From Frankiaceae bacterium (GTDB taxonomy: Bacteria; Actinomycetota; Actinomycetes; Mycobacteriales; SCTD01): a stretch of 64,000 nucleotides of DNA. Within the stretch, counting starts at the first letter, position 1; every line of letters begins with the position of its first letter. Made by a program: the position numbers and the translations under genes. This document shows, in pieces, positions 35,174 through 44,425 of this stretch. The stretch covers positions 10,980-74,979 of the forward strand of contig JAENVS010000002.1 of NCBI GenBank assembly GCA_016650445.1, written 5' to 3'. The notes under the pieces were generated by a model. That model had not been told where the DNA came from and did not search any database. It was given only the letters and a program-made list of their open reading frames with translations.

Positions 35174-36082
35174 CTACTCCTCGACGAGCAGGCCCTCGCG
35201 GAGCTGGGCGAGGGTGCGCGCGAGCAGCCGGGAGACGTGCATCTGGCTGATCCCGAGCTCGGCGGCGATCTGCGACTGCGTCATGTTGCCGAAGAACCGC
35301 AGCAGCAGGATGCGCTTCTCCCGCGGCGGGAGCTTCTCGAGCAGCGGCTTGAGCGACTCGCGGTACTCCACGCCCTCGAGCGACTCGTCCATGATCCCGA
35401 GCGTGTCCGCGACGGCGGGGGAGTCGTCGTCGCCGCCGTCGGGTGCGTCGAGCGACAGCGCCGAGTAGGCGTTGGCCGACTCCAGGCCCTCGAGGATCTC
35501 CTCCTCGGTCATCTGCAGGTGCGCGGCCAGCTCCGCCACCGTGGGGGACCGGCCGTTCTTCTGCGACAGCTCGCTGGTTGCCTTGGTCAGGCTGAGCTTG
35601 AGCTCCTGCAGTCGACGCGGAACCCGGATCGCCCAGCCCTTGTCGCGGAAGTGCCGCTTGATCTCCCCGACGATCGTCGGGGTCGCGTACGTCGAGAACT
35701 CGACGGCGCGCTCGAGGTCGAACCGGTCCACCGACTTGATCAGCCCGATGGTGGCCACCTGGATCAGGTCGTCGAGCGGCTCGCCTCGGTTGCGGAAGCG
35801 GCGGGCGAGGTACTCCACGAGCGGCAGGTGCGCCTCGACGAGCTCATCGCGCAGCCGGTGGCGTTCCGCGTCGCCCTCGGGCAGCGCGGCGAGCCGCACG
35901 AACATCTCGCGGGCCTTGGCCCGGTCGGCGGCACTGCGCTCGGAGCGCGTCGGGATCGTGGCGATCTCTGCCTCGGAGGGCACTTCTGCCTCGGGTCCGG
36001 TCACGAGATCGACGTCGGGCTGCACGGGCACGTCGGAGGTGTCTACGGACGTGGTGGTGCCGTCCCCGGTGTGTCCGCTCAC
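35174..36082 (-). CDS. Group 3 sigma factor (SigB/SigF/SigG-type)
   Basis: Region 2 (DLIQVATIGLIKSVDRFD..FSTYATPTIVGEIKRHFRD), region 3 and region 4 (TQSQIAAELGISQMHVSRL). GTGA overlap with the upstream anti-sigma gene. Confidence 0.85.
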   Translation of the reverse strand: MSGHTGDGTTTSVDTSDVPVQPDVDLVTGPEAEVPSEAEIATIPTRSERSAADRAKAREMFVRLAALPEGDAERHRLRDELVEAHLPLVEYLARRFRNRGEPLDDLIQVATIGLIKSVDRFDLERAVEFSTYATPTIVGEIKRHFRDKGWAIRVPRRLQELKLSLTKATSELSQKNGRSPTVAELAAHLQMTEEEILEGLESANAYSALSLDAPDGGDDDSPAVADTLGIMDESLEGVEYRESLKPLLEKLPPREKRILLLRFFGNMTQSQIAAELGISQMHVSRLLARTLAQLREGLLVEE

Positions 36083-36528
36083 GAGCCGGAGGGGGTCTCG
36101 CCCAGGAACTCCCCACGCCGCTTGCGCAGAGAGAGGGCGACGCGGTTCTCGGCGTCGACGGAGCTGTCGACCTCGCCGGCCAGCGCGGTCAGGACGGTCC
36201 AGGCGAACGTGTCGCGCGACGGCTGCTGCCCGTCGAGGGTGAGCACCGCGACGGAGACCGCGATGGAGTCACCGGTGAGCTCGAAGCTGCACTCGAGGTC
36301 GGCGCCCGGGACGGCCTGGGCCAGCAGCATCGCGCAGGCCTCGTCGACGGCGATGCGCAGGTCCTCGATGTCGTCGATCGTGAAGTCCAGGCGCGACGCC
36401 AGGCTCGCCGTCGCGGTGCGCAGCACGGACAGGTAGGCGCCCGCGGCGGGCAGCCGAAGGGTGACGACGTCTCGGCCGGCTCCCGACAGCGCGTCGCCAG
36501 CCTTCGTCGTACCCACCTGCTCAGTCAT
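36079..36528 (-). CDS. Anti-sigma factor (RsbW/UsfX-like)
   Basis: Translationally coupled upstream partner of the SigF-type sigma factor. Size and acidic profile resemble mycobacterial UsfX. Family call rests mainly on context. Confidence 0.6.
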   Translation of the reverse strand: MTEQVGTTKAGDALSGAGRDVVTLRLPAAGAYLSVLRTATASLASRLDFTIDDIEDLRIAVDEACAMLLAQAVPGADLECSFELTGDSIAVSVAVLTLDGQQPSRDTFAWTVLTALAGEVDSSVDAENRVALSLRKRRGEFLGETPSGS

Positions 36529-36642
36529 GCCCCGATCCTATGTCGGACGGGTGCCCACCGCGATGCGCCGGGGCGCCACAGTCGTACTTCGCCCGGAGCC
36601 CGCTCCGGGATGGCACGCTTCGGGCCGAGGACGGGAGGTGGC

Positions 36643-38556
36643 ATGGACGCCAGCCGGCGGCAGGTCTTGAAGGGCATCGCGCGGGGGACTGCCGCAGCGG
36701 CGGCGTACGGCGGTCTCCGGGCCTTCCCGGCTCGGGCGGCCCTCGCGGCTCCCGCGGTCGCGCGACCGGAGGGCACGACGCTCGACAGCACCGTCGTGCG
36801 CGGAGCGAAGATCAACGCCCAGGGCTATCTCCGGCTCGCGTCAGGGGCCGGTGAGCCGTTCCGGGTGCGGGACGAGCTCGGGACAAAGGCGAAGTCAGGT
36901 CGGGAGGCCCGGCGGCGCGAAGTCCTGTCGTTCGCCCAGCTGACGGACATCCACGTCGTCGACGCCCAGTCGCCGGCTCGGGTGGAGTACCTCGACCGCT
37001 ACAACGACGGGCCGGGCGCGCCGCTGATCTTCGGGGCTGCCTACCGCGCCCACGAGTTCCTCACCACGCAGGTCGCCGACTCGATCGTGGCCGCCGTGGC
37101 GCAGGTCGGCGTCGGTCCGGCCGCGGGCCGGCCGCTGACGTTCGCCATCTGCACGGGCGACAACAACGACAACTGCCAGGGCAACGAGCTGCAGTGGCAG
37201 ATCGCCGTCCTCAACGGCACCCCACTGACGCCGACGTCGGGCGATCCGAAGACGTTCGAGGGCGTCGCGGACCAGAACGCCGACACGTACGACGAGCACT
37301 ACTGGCACCCGGACGGCACACCGGTCGGGAAGACCGACGACAACCCGCGTCGGGTGTTCGGCTTCCCAGTCGTGAAGGGGCTGCTCGACGCGGCGACCCG
37401 CCCCTTCACGCCGCAGGGGATCGGGATGCCTTGGTACACCTGCTACGGCAACCACGACGGGCTCGTGCAGGGCAACTTCCCGCAGTCGTTCCAGCTGAGC
37501 AACGCCGCCACCGGGCCGCTGAAGGTGTTCACGCTCCCCGCTGGTGTCTCGCCCGACGAGCTCCAGCGAGGCGACCCGGCCGCGGGCGCGGCTGTCGCGG
37601 TGGCGCCTGCGCGCGTGGTCACGGCTGACGCGAGCCGCAAGGTCGTCACGCGCACCGAGACGGTCAAGCAGCACTTCACCAGCGGCGGTGTGCCGCTCGG
37701 CCACGGCTACACCTCGAAGAACGTGACGGACGGTACGGCGTACTACACGTTCGACCCGGATCCGCAGGTGCGCGCCATCGTCCTCGACACGGTCAACCCG
37801 AACGGCGAGTCCGGCGGCTCGCTCGACCAGGCGCAGTTCGCGTGGCTGAGGACACAGCTCGAGGCGGTCAGCGGGGCCGGCAAGAACAAGCTGGTCATCG
37901 TCTTCAGCCACCACCCGCCGAGCTCGATGGACAACCGGATCGTCTTCGCCGACAGCCCGGGGCAGCGGGTGCTCGGGCCCGAGGTAGTAGCTCTGCTGCT
38001 GCAGTTCCCCAACGTCGTCCTGTGGGTCAACGGGCACACCCACCAGAACCGCGTGACGCCGTACAAGGCCACCGGTGAGGGCGGCTTCTGGGAGGTCAAC
38101 ACGGCGGCGCACGTCGACTGGCCCTGCCAGGCGCGGCTGCTCGAGCTCGTCGACAACCGCGACGGAACGCTCTCCATCTTCGCCACCGTTGTCGACGCTG
38201 CAGCGCCGCTGTCGTACGGCGGTCGCCTCGACAGCCCGACGTCGCTCGCGTCGCTCGGCCGCGAGCTCGCGGCCAACGACTGGCAGGAGCAGTCGGACGC
38301 CCGGCGCGGAAAGGTCGAGGACCGCAACGTCGAGCTGCTCGTCAAGGCGCCGTTCGCCCTGGGCGTCGCAGCTCCTGTCGAGCGCCCGCCGACAGCCGTG
38401 CCGCCGACGGCGCCCGGCGAGCTGCCGGCAACCGGCACGGACGTCGCCGTGCCGATCGCGGCTGCGGCTGCCGTTGCGGCCGGCCTGGCCCTGCGCTGGT
38501 CGCACCGGGTCGACGACGTCGCCGCGACCGCTCGCACGGAGCCTGCGCCGGAGTGA
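36643..38556 (+). CDS. Tat-exported metallophosphoesterase (TIGR03767-like) with C-terminal LPATG sorting signal
   Basis: GGGAGG RBS. Twin-arginine signal SRRQVLKG. Phosphoesterase motifs (LTDIHVVD, GDNNDN, GNHD, SHHPP, NGHTHQN). C-terminal LPATG plus hydrophobic segment plus RWSHR. Confidence 0.8.
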   Translation: MDASRRQVLKGIARGTAAAAAYGGLRAFPARAALAAPAVARPEGTTLDSTVVRGAKINAQGYLRLASGAGEPFRVRDELGTKAKSGREARRREVLSFAQLTDIHVVDAQSPARVEYLDRYNDGPGAPLIFGAAYRAHEFLTTQVADSIVAAVAQVGVGPAAGRPLTFAICTGDNNDNCQGNELQWQIAVLNGTPLTPTSGDPKTFEGVADQNADTYDEHYWHPDGTPVGKTDDNPRRVFGFPVVKGLLDAATRPFTPQGIGMPWYTCYGNHDGLVQGNFPQSFQLSNAATGPLKVFTLPAGVSPDELQRGDPAAGAAVAVAPARVVTADASRKVVTRTETVKQHFTSGGVPLGHGYTSKNVTDGTAYYTFDPDPQVRAIVLDTVNPNGESGGSLDQAQFAWLRTQLEAVSGAGKNKLVIVFSHHPPSSMDNRIVFADSPGQRVLGPEVVALLLQFPNVVLWVNGHTHQNRVTPYKATGEGGFWEVNTAAHVDWPCQARLLELVDNRDGTLSIFATVVDAAAPLSYGGRLDSPTSLASLGRELAANDWQEQSDARRGKVEDRNVELLVKAPFALGVAAPVERPPTAVPPTAPGELPATGTDVAVPIAAAAAVAAGLALRWSHRVDDVAATARTEPAPE

Positions 38557-38996
38557 CGGCCGCGCACCCGGACCTCCCTGTGGTGCCGGGAACCCACACC
38601 GTCGACCCGGATCTGCCGCCCGATCCGGTGCCGCTCCTCCCGCTGCTCCTCGTCGTCGCGGTCGGCGGGGTCCTCGGATCGCTGGCGCGCTACGGCATCG
38701 GGGTGGCGATGCCGCACGGCCGGGCCGATCTGCCGCTGGCCACGTTGCTGGTCAACGTCCTCGGCTGCCTGCTGCTCGGCGTTCTCGTCGCGGCGCGCCC
38801 GCACGCGATGTGGATGCGGCCGTTCCTCGGCACGGGTGTGCTCGGCGGGTTCACCACCTTCTCGGCGTTCGCGCTCGAGACCGACCGGCTGCTCGAGCGC
38901 GCACCCGTCGTCGCCGTCGTCTACGTCGCCCTGTCGCTCGCTGTCGGTCTGTCCGCGGCCGGCGTCGGGCTGCGTCTGGGGGTGCGGCTGCGATGA
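38553..38996 (+). CDS. crcB: Fluoride channel CrcB/FluC (subunit 1, N-terminally extended)
   Basis: GTGA overlap with the upstream gene. GG.LGSLARY and GGFTTFSAF motifs. Confidence 0.85.
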   Translation: MTAAHPDLPVVPGTHTVDPDLPPDPVPLLPLLLVVAVGGVLGSLARYGIGVAMPHGRADLPLATLLVNVLGCLLLGVLVAARPHAMWMRPFLGTGVLGGFTTFSAFALETDRLLERAPVVAVVYVALSLAVGLSAAGVGLRLGVRLR

Positions 38997-39307
38997 CCGC
39001 GCTGCTGGTCGCCCTCGGTGCCGGACTGGGCGCGCCCGCGCGGCTCGTCGTCTCGCGCGTCGTTGCCGACGAGCGAGGGACGCTGGTCGTCAACGTGCTG
39101 GGCAGCCTGCTGATCGGTCTGTTCGCAGGGCTCTCTCACTCGGCGTACGCGCTCCTGGGTGTCGGCTTCTGCGGCGCCTTCACGACGTACTCGACCTTCG
39201 CGGTCGAGGCCGTGACCCTGCGGGCTCGATCGGACGTGCGCTTCGTCGCGATGAGCGTGCTGCTGTGCTGCCTTGCCTGCGCTCTCGGCCTGGCTGTCAC
39301 CGGCTGA
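38993..39307 (+). CDS. crcB: Fluoride channel CrcB/FluC (subunit 2)
   Basis: ATGA overlap. TLVVNVLGSLLIG and GAFTTYSTF motifs. Confidence 0.85.
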   Translation: MTALLVALGAGLGAPARLVVSRVVADERGTLVVNVLGSLLIGLFAGLSHSAYALLGVGFCGAFTTYSTFAVEAVTLRARSDVRFVAMSVLLCCLACALGLAVTG

Positions 39308-39343
39308 GCTCGATCTGTCGTACGCCGCTGGGAGGGTCGCGGC

Positions 39344-39790
39344 ATGAGCTCATGGCAGCAGTTCGAAGCTGATGCGCCCGACCTGGCGCGACGGGTTCGT
39401 GAGCGGTTCGCAGCGCGCAAGCACTGCACGATGGCGACGCTGCGCCGCGACGGCTCGCCGCGCATCAGCGGCACCGAAGTCGAGATCACCGACGGCGAGC
39501 TGCGGATCGGGAGCATGCCTGGCGCGGTGAAGGCGAAGGACCTGCTGCGCGACCCGCGCTTGGCCATTCACTCTGCGACCGTCGACCCACCTGACGGGAA
39601 TCCTGCGGCGTGGGACGGCGAGGCGAAGGTCGCAGGGACAGCCGTCGTGCGCCCGTCCTTAGACGACTCGCATGCGTTCGCCGTCGACGTGACGGAGGTC
39701 GTCCTGACCCACCTCGATGACGCCGGCACCCAGCTCGTCATCACGTCCTGGCACCCCGACCGCGGCGTCCGCGAAATCCGCCACAGCTAG
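39344..39790 (+). CDS. Pyridoxamine 5'-phosphate oxidase-family (FMN-binding split barrel) protein
   Basis: The profile MATLRRDGSPR.SG.E, with size and pattern, is typical of the PNPOx-like family. Confidence 0.65.
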   Translation: MSSWQQFEADAPDLARRVRERFAARKHCTMATLRRDGSPRISGTEVEITDGELRIGSMPGAVKAKDLLRDPRLAIHSATVDPPDGNPAAWDGEAKVAGTAVVRPSLDDSHAFAVDVTEVVLTHLDDAGTQLVITSWHPDRGVREIRHS

Positions 39791-39857
39791 GCGGTTGGTT
39801 GCCGGAGCCGCAAGAGCTGCAGGATCGTCGGCACGTCGTCGGGGGTGGCCGAGCGGA

Positions 39858-40412
39858 TCACGTGTTCCACCGCACGACGACGGGCAGCTCGTGCTCGCTG
39901 CCGAGAACGCTGATCGCGCCAGCCGACAGGGCGAACAGCCGGCCGTCCGCAGCCGGCAGGCCGAGCCACACGGCGGCCAGGATGCGCAGCGCGTGCCCGT
40001 GCCCGACGAGACAGACGTCACCCGCCGCGAGCGCCGGCGCGACGAGCTCGAGCAGCCGTTCGGCCCGCCGCCCCACGTCGTCGGGCGTCTCGGGCAGGTC
40101 GCGGTCGGTCCAGATGCTCCAACCGCCCTGCTCCCGGTTCAGGTCGGCCGTCGTGCGCCCCTCGGCGTGCCCGTAGTCCCACTCGAGCAGGTCGTCGTTC
40201 TCCATGGCGGCCAACCCGGCCAGCTCGGCCGTCTTGCTGGCGCGTACGAGCGGGGACGTCAGGACGAGAGTCCACGGTCGGTCGAGGCGTGGCCGCAGGC
40301 TACGGGCCTGCTTCTCGCCGTGAGGTGTCAGCGGGACGTCGGTGCGGCCGGTGTGCTGGCCCGTCCTCGACCAGTGCGTCTCGCCGTGCCTGACCAACCA
40401 CAGCTCGCCCAT
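39858..40412 (-). CDS. Histidine phosphatase (phosphoglycerate mutase-like) family protein
   Basis: LVRHGET catalytic RHG motif and a second His in GHGH. Confidence 0.8.
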   Translation of the reverse strand: MGELWLVRHGETHWSRTGQHTGRTDVPLTPHGEKQARSLRPRLDRPWTLVLTSPLVRASKTAELAGLAAMENDDLLEWDYGHAEGRTTADLNREQGGWSIWTDRDLPETPDDVGRRAERLLELVAPALAAGDVCLVGHGHALRILAAVWLGLPAADGRLFALSAGAISVLGSEHELPVVVRWNT

Positions 40413-40422
40413 GAGGAAAGCG

Positions 40423-40836
40423 TCAGGCCTTCTTCGTCTCCCAGAAGATCCGGTCGATCTCCTTGATGTTGTCCAGCAGCTTCTGGCCGTCGGCGGGGTC
40501 CATCGACTGCTTTGCCCCGGTGCCGCTGGCCTGCTTGATGGTGTCGTTGAACAGGTTGTGCAGCTCGGGGTACTTCTCGAAGTGCGGGGGCTTGAAGTAG
40601 TCGTGCCACAACACGGCGAGGTGGTGCTTCACGAGCTCGGACCGCTGCTCCTTGATGAGCACGGCGCGCTGTCGGAAGACCGCGTCCTCGTTGCCCTGGT
40701 ACTTCTCCTGGATCGCCTTCACCGACTCCGCCTCGATGCGGGCCTGCGCCGGGTCGTAGACGCCGCAGGGCAGGTCGCAGTGCGCGGAGACGATGGTCTG
40801 GGGTCCAAGGTCTTTGATCCAGCTAAGGGCACGCAT
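40423..40836 (-). CDS. sodN: Nickel superoxide dismutase
   Basis: A propeptide is followed by the Ni-hook HCDLPCGVYDPAQA. The rest is colinear with Streptomyces SodN from memory (..YFKPPHFEKYPELH..IFWETKKA). Confidence 0.95.
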   Translation of the reverse strand: MRALSWIKDLGPQTIVSAHCDLPCGVYDPAQARIEAESVKAIQEKYQGNEDAVFRQRAVLIKEQRSELVKHHLAVLWHDYFKPPHFEKYPELHNLFNDTIKQASGTGAKQSMDPADGQKLLDNIKEIDRIFWETKKA

Positions 40837-40889
40837 GATGTGTTCCTTCCGGTTCGGTTTCTTCCAGCGACCTTAGTGCGAGGTGGGCG

Positions 40890-41180
40890 GTGCGCTTCGC
40901 GTCGGTCCGCGTCAGCGGTCCGTCGATGGTGCCCGCGGTCCGCGACGGCGACTGGCTCGTGGTGCTCCGCGGCGCCCGGATCCGTCCCGGGCAGGTCGTG
41001 GTGGCCTGCTACCGCAGCCGACCGGACCTGCTTGTCGTGAAGCGAACCGTCGCGCCACGGGACGGCGGCTGGCTGCTCTCGTCGGACAACCCGTTCGTCG
41101 AAGGACCGACCGGGGTCGCCGACGTGGAGGCGCGGGTGCTCCTGCGCTACCGACCGCTGCCGCCGCGCAGGGTGTCGTAG
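40890..41180 (+). CDS. sodX: Ni-SOD maturation protease SodX (S26 signal-peptidase-like)
   Basis: Divergent from sodN. SGPSM catalytic Ser motif and KRV region. 96 aa. Confidence 0.8.
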   Translation: MRFASVRVSGPSMVPAVRDGDWLVVLRGARIRPGQVVVACYRSRPDLLVVKRTVAPRDGGWLLSSDNPFVEGPTGVADVEARVLLRYRPLPPRRVS

Positions 41181-41758
41181 AAGGCGAGACACGCGTCGTA
41201 CGACGGCAGCAGCCCTTGGGCCTCCGCTTCGGCGAGGGTCGGGGCGGCGGCGTCCTTGTCGGACAGGAGCGGTTCGACCCCGTCGGGCAGCGGGAGGTCG
41301 AGGGCCGGGTCCAGCGGGTTGATGCCGCGCTCGCGTTCGGGGGCATACGGCTGCGTGACGAGGTAGTTGAGGTTGACGTCGTCGGTCAGCGCGATGACAG
41401 CGTGACCGAGGCCCTCTGCGACGTACACCGCCCGTCGGTCGACGTCGTCGAGCCGCACCGACTCGACGACCCCGAACGTCGGCGAACCGACCCGGATGTC
41501 GACGATGATGTCGAGCGCCGCGCCACGCGTGACGTAGACGTACTTCGCCTGGCTCGGTGGCACGTCGGCGTAGTGGATGCCGCGCAGGGTGCCCAGGCTG
41601 CTCGTCGAGTGGTTGACCTGACGCAGCACGAACGGGTGACCGATCGCCTCCTCGACGACGGCGCCCTTGAACCACTCGAGGAAAACCCCACGCGGGTCGG
41701 GGAACTGGCGCGGTGTGAAGACCCAGGACCCCGCGATCTTCAGCTCGGCGACGTCCAC
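41147..41758 (-). CDS. rmlC: dTDP-4-dehydrorhamnose 3,5-epimerase
   Basis: Colinear with mycobacterial RmlC from memory (RG.F.EW, LRG.H.A..PPSQAKYV, DIR.GSPTFG, LSD.DAAAP). The 3' end overlaps sodX by 34 nt. Confidence 0.9.
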   Translation of the reverse strand: MDVAELKIAGSWVFTPRQFPDPRGVFLEWFKGAVVEEAIGHPFVLRQVNHSTSSLGTLRGIHYADVPPSQAKYVYVTRGAALDIIVDIRVGSPTFGVVESVRLDDVDRRAVYVAEGLGHAVIALTDDVNLNYLVTQPYAPERERGINPLDPALDLPLPDGVEPLLSDKDAAAPTLAEAEAQGLLPSYDACLAFYDTLRGGSGR

Positions 41759-41759
41759 G

Positions 41760-42524
41760 TCACAGCACCTTTCCCAGGAACGCCTTCGTGCGCTCCTCTT
41801 GCGGGTTGTTGATGACCGACTTCGGATCGCCCTGCTCGACGACCACGCCGCCGTCCATGAACACGACGGTGTCGCCCACTTCGCGCGCAAAGCCCATCTC
41901 ATGGGTGACCACGACCATGGTCATGCCGTCCTCGGCGAGCCCGCGCATGACGTCGAGGACGTCGCCGACGAGCTCGGGATCGAGGGCGCTGGTCGGCTCG
42001 TCGAACAGCATCAGCTTCGGCTGCATCGCCAGCGCGCGTGCGATCGCGACCCGCTGCTGCTGCCCACCGGACAGCTGGGCGGGGTAGGCGTCCACCTTGT
42101 CGGCGAGACCTACCCGGTCGAGCAGGGCGCGCGCTCTGTCTGCGGCCGCCGACTTCGACTCGCCCTTCACCCTGATCGGCGCCTCGACCACGTTGCCCAG
42201 CGCCGTCATGTGCGGGAACAGGTTGAAGCGCTGGAAGACCATGCCGATCTCCGAGCGGGCCTGCGCCGTCTCGCGCTCCTTGAGCTCGTAGAGCTTGTCC
42301 CCCTGCTGCCGGTATCCGACGAGCTTGCCGTCCACCGACAGCCGGCCGGCGTCGACCTTCTCCAGGTGGTTGATGCACCGCAGGAAGGTCGACTTGCCCG
42401 ACCCCGACGGCCCGAGCAGGCAGCACACCTCGCCGCGCCGCACCTCGAGGTCGATGCCCTTGAGCACCTCGACCCGACCGAAGGACTTGTGGACGTTCTC
42501 CGCGAGCACCATGAGCCCACTCAT
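41760..42524 (-). CDS. Polar amino acid ABC transporter ATP-binding protein (GlnQ-like)
   Basis: Walker [10 protein letters not shown], signature LSGGQQQR, Walker [13 protein letters not shown] and H-loop VTHEM. Confidence 0.9.
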   Translation of the reverse strand: MSGLMVLAENVHKSFGRVEVLKGIDLEVRRGEVCCLLGPSGSGKSTFLRCINHLEKVDAGRLSVDGKLVGYRQQGDKLYELKERETAQARSEIGMVFQRFNLFPHMTALGNVVEAPIRVKGESKSAAADRARALLDRVGLADKVDAYPAQLSGGQQQRVAIARALAMQPKLMLFDEPTSALDPELVGDVLDVMRGLAEDGMTMVVVTHEMGFAREVGDTVVFMDGGVVVEQGDPKSVINNPQEERTKAFLGKVL

Positions 42525-43390
42525 ATGCGTGGCCCTCCGCGCAGGTTGGCCAGCACTCTCGACAGGGGTGTCGCGGGTAGGTCGCGCAGCGCTCCCCGGG
42601 CGAACCGGCGCTCCAGGTAGTACTGGCCGATGCTGAACACGCTCGTGAGCACGAGGTACCAGAGCGAGACGGTGAACAGCAGCTCGATGACCTGCAGGTT
42701 GCGCGTGTAGACCGACACGGCCGACAGCAGCAGCTCGCCGTACTGGATGGTGTAGGCCAGCGAGGACGTCTTGAGCATGTTGATGAACTCGTTGCCCGTC
42801 GGCGGGATGATGACCCGCATCGCCTGCGGAAGGACGACCCGGCGAAGGGTCTGCCCCTGGGTCATCCCGAGCGCCTGAGATGCCTCCGTCTGCCCTTCGT
42901 CGACCGAGGCGATGCCGGCCCGGACGATCTCGGCCATGTACGCGCCCTCGTTGATGCCCAGGCCGAGAAGCGCAGCGACGAAAGGCGTCATGAGATCGCT
43001 GGTCGGGTGGCCGAACATCGTCGGGAAGACGAGCGCGAGGTTGTACCAGATGAGCAGCTGCACGAGCACCGGAGTGCCGCGGAACAGCCAGATGTAGCAC
43101 CAGGAGACCGTGCTCGTCACGGGGTTCTTCGACAGGCGCATCACCGCGAACACGACACCGAGCGCGATGCCGATGGCCTGGGCCAGGACGCTGATGAGCA
43201 GCGTCCGGCCGGCACCGCGCACGATGTTGTCTGCCGTGAAGAACTCGCCGGTTGTGCCGTAGTCGATCTCCGCCTGCGAGAAGGCGTAAACGACCGCGGC
43301 CAAGCCGGCGAGGACGGCGACGGCACTGACCCACCGTCCGTAGTGGCGGACCGGTACGGCGACGAGGCGCTCCGGCGCCCCGGCGCTCAT
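42521..43390 (-). CDS. Polar amino acid ABC transporter permease
   Basis: ATGA overlap with the ATPase gene. EAA-type loop ([22 protein letters not shown]). Confidence 0.85.
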   Translation of the reverse strand: MSAGAPERLVAVPVRHYGRWVSAVAVLAGLAAVVYAFSQAEIDYGTTGEFFTADNIVRGAGRTLLISVLAQAIGIALGVVFAVMRLSKNPVTSTVSWCYIWLFRGTPVLVQLLIWYNLALVFPTMFGHPTSDLMTPFVAALLGLGINEGAYMAEIVRAGIASVDEGQTEASQALGMTQGQTLRRVVLPQAMRVIIPPTGNEFINMLKTSSLAYTIQYGELLLSAVSVYTRNLQVIELLFTVSLWYLVLTSVFSIGQYYLERRFARGALRDLPATPLSRVLANLRGGPRI

Positions 43391-43403
43391 CTGGACGCGC
43401 TCC

Positions 43404-44306
43404 CTATCCGCCGTTGACGGTGGCGCTGGTCACTGCGCCTGCCTTCACGTTCCACTTCTCCAGGATCTTGGCGTACTCACCGTTGTCGATGATCGCCTGG
43501 AGGGCCTTCTGCAGCGCATCGCGGATCGCCGTGTCCTCCTTGCGGACGCCGATGCCGTACGGTCCCGCCTCGATCTGCTCGCCGACGACCTCGAAGTCGT
43601 TGCCGCCGCCAGAGGTCTGGGCGTTGTACGCCGCGACCGGGAAGTCGTTCATGTCGGCCACCGCGCGCCCCTGCTTCACCTGCAGCAGCGCCTCGGTGTC
43701 GCGGTCGAACTTGAGGACCTTCAGCTCCTTACCCGCCGTCTTGCACGTGGCCTGCTGAGCTGTGGCCACGTCGTCCTGGGTCGTTCCCCGCTGCAGCGCG
43801 ATCGTCTTGCCGCAGAAGTCGTCGAGGCTCGCGATCTTCTCCGGATTGCCCTTCTTCACGAGGATGGACGTGCCGGCGGTGAAGTAGTCGACGAAGTCGA
43901 TCTGCTGCTGCCGCTCCTTCGTGTCGCTCATCGACGACATGATCAGGTCGATCCGCTTGGACCGCAGCTGGGTGATGAGCCCGTCGAACGTGCCGTTCTG
44001 GAACGTCAGCTTGACGCCGAGCTGGTCTCCGATCGCCTTGCCGATGTCAGGGTCCACGCCGATGATGGTCTTGCCGTCCTTGTCGAAGAACTCGATCGGC
44101 GCGTAGGCGACGTCGGAGCCGACCTTGAGAACGCCCGCGTCCCGGATGGCCTGCGGCAGGAGCTCTGCCAGGGAGGTGCCGCTCGCCGTGCCGGATGGCT
44201 GGGACAGCGTCGGGTCGTCGCCGTCGGACGAGCCTCCACAGCCGCTCAGGACAAGCGCCGCGGCGGCGGCCAGGGCAGGAAGCAAGCGGGATCCGGTACG
44301 ACGCAC
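43404..44306 (-). CDS. Polar amino acid ABC transporter substrate-binding lipoprotein (family 3)
   Basis: GAGGAG lies 5 nt before GTG 44306. Lipobox LVLSGC. Also has the YAPIEF and DLIMSSMS motifs. Confidence 0.85.
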   Translation of the reverse strand: MRRTGSRLLPALAAAAALVLSGCGGSSDGDDPTLSQPSGTASGTSLAELLPQAIRDAGVLKVGSDVAYAPIEFFDKDGKTIIGVDPDIGKAIGDQLGVKLTFQNGTFDGLITQLRSKRIDLIMSSMSDTKERQQQIDFVDYFTAGTSILVKKGNPEKIASLDDFCGKTIALQRGTTQDDVATAQQATCKTAGKELKVLKFDRDTEALLQVKQGRAVADMNDFPVAAYNAQTSGGGNDFEVVGEQIEAGPYGIGVRKEDTAIRDALQKALQAIIDNGEYAKILEKWNVKAGAVTSATVNGG

Positions 44307-44425
44307 GTGCGCTCCTCTGACAAGGCGCCCCCTGGACGCGAATGCGCACATCTTGGCAGTCCCGGGCCCACGGTGCTCGGCCCGTCCTGGCTGTGCCACG
44401 ATCGAGAGGTGTCGGAAACCGGGTC

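Noticed and set aside
36592-36609. Perfect palindrome CCCGGAGC-CC-GCTCCGGG in the rsbW-like/phosphoesterase divergent region
   Set aside because: GC-rich palindromes of this size are frequent in such genomes, and there is no second copy or known operator consensus. Noted only as a possible operator.
38400-38560. Fluoride riboswitch upstream of crcB
   Set aside because: crcB starts by overlapping the stop of the preceding coding gene, so no intergenic leader exists, and no riboswitch-like sequence was seen.
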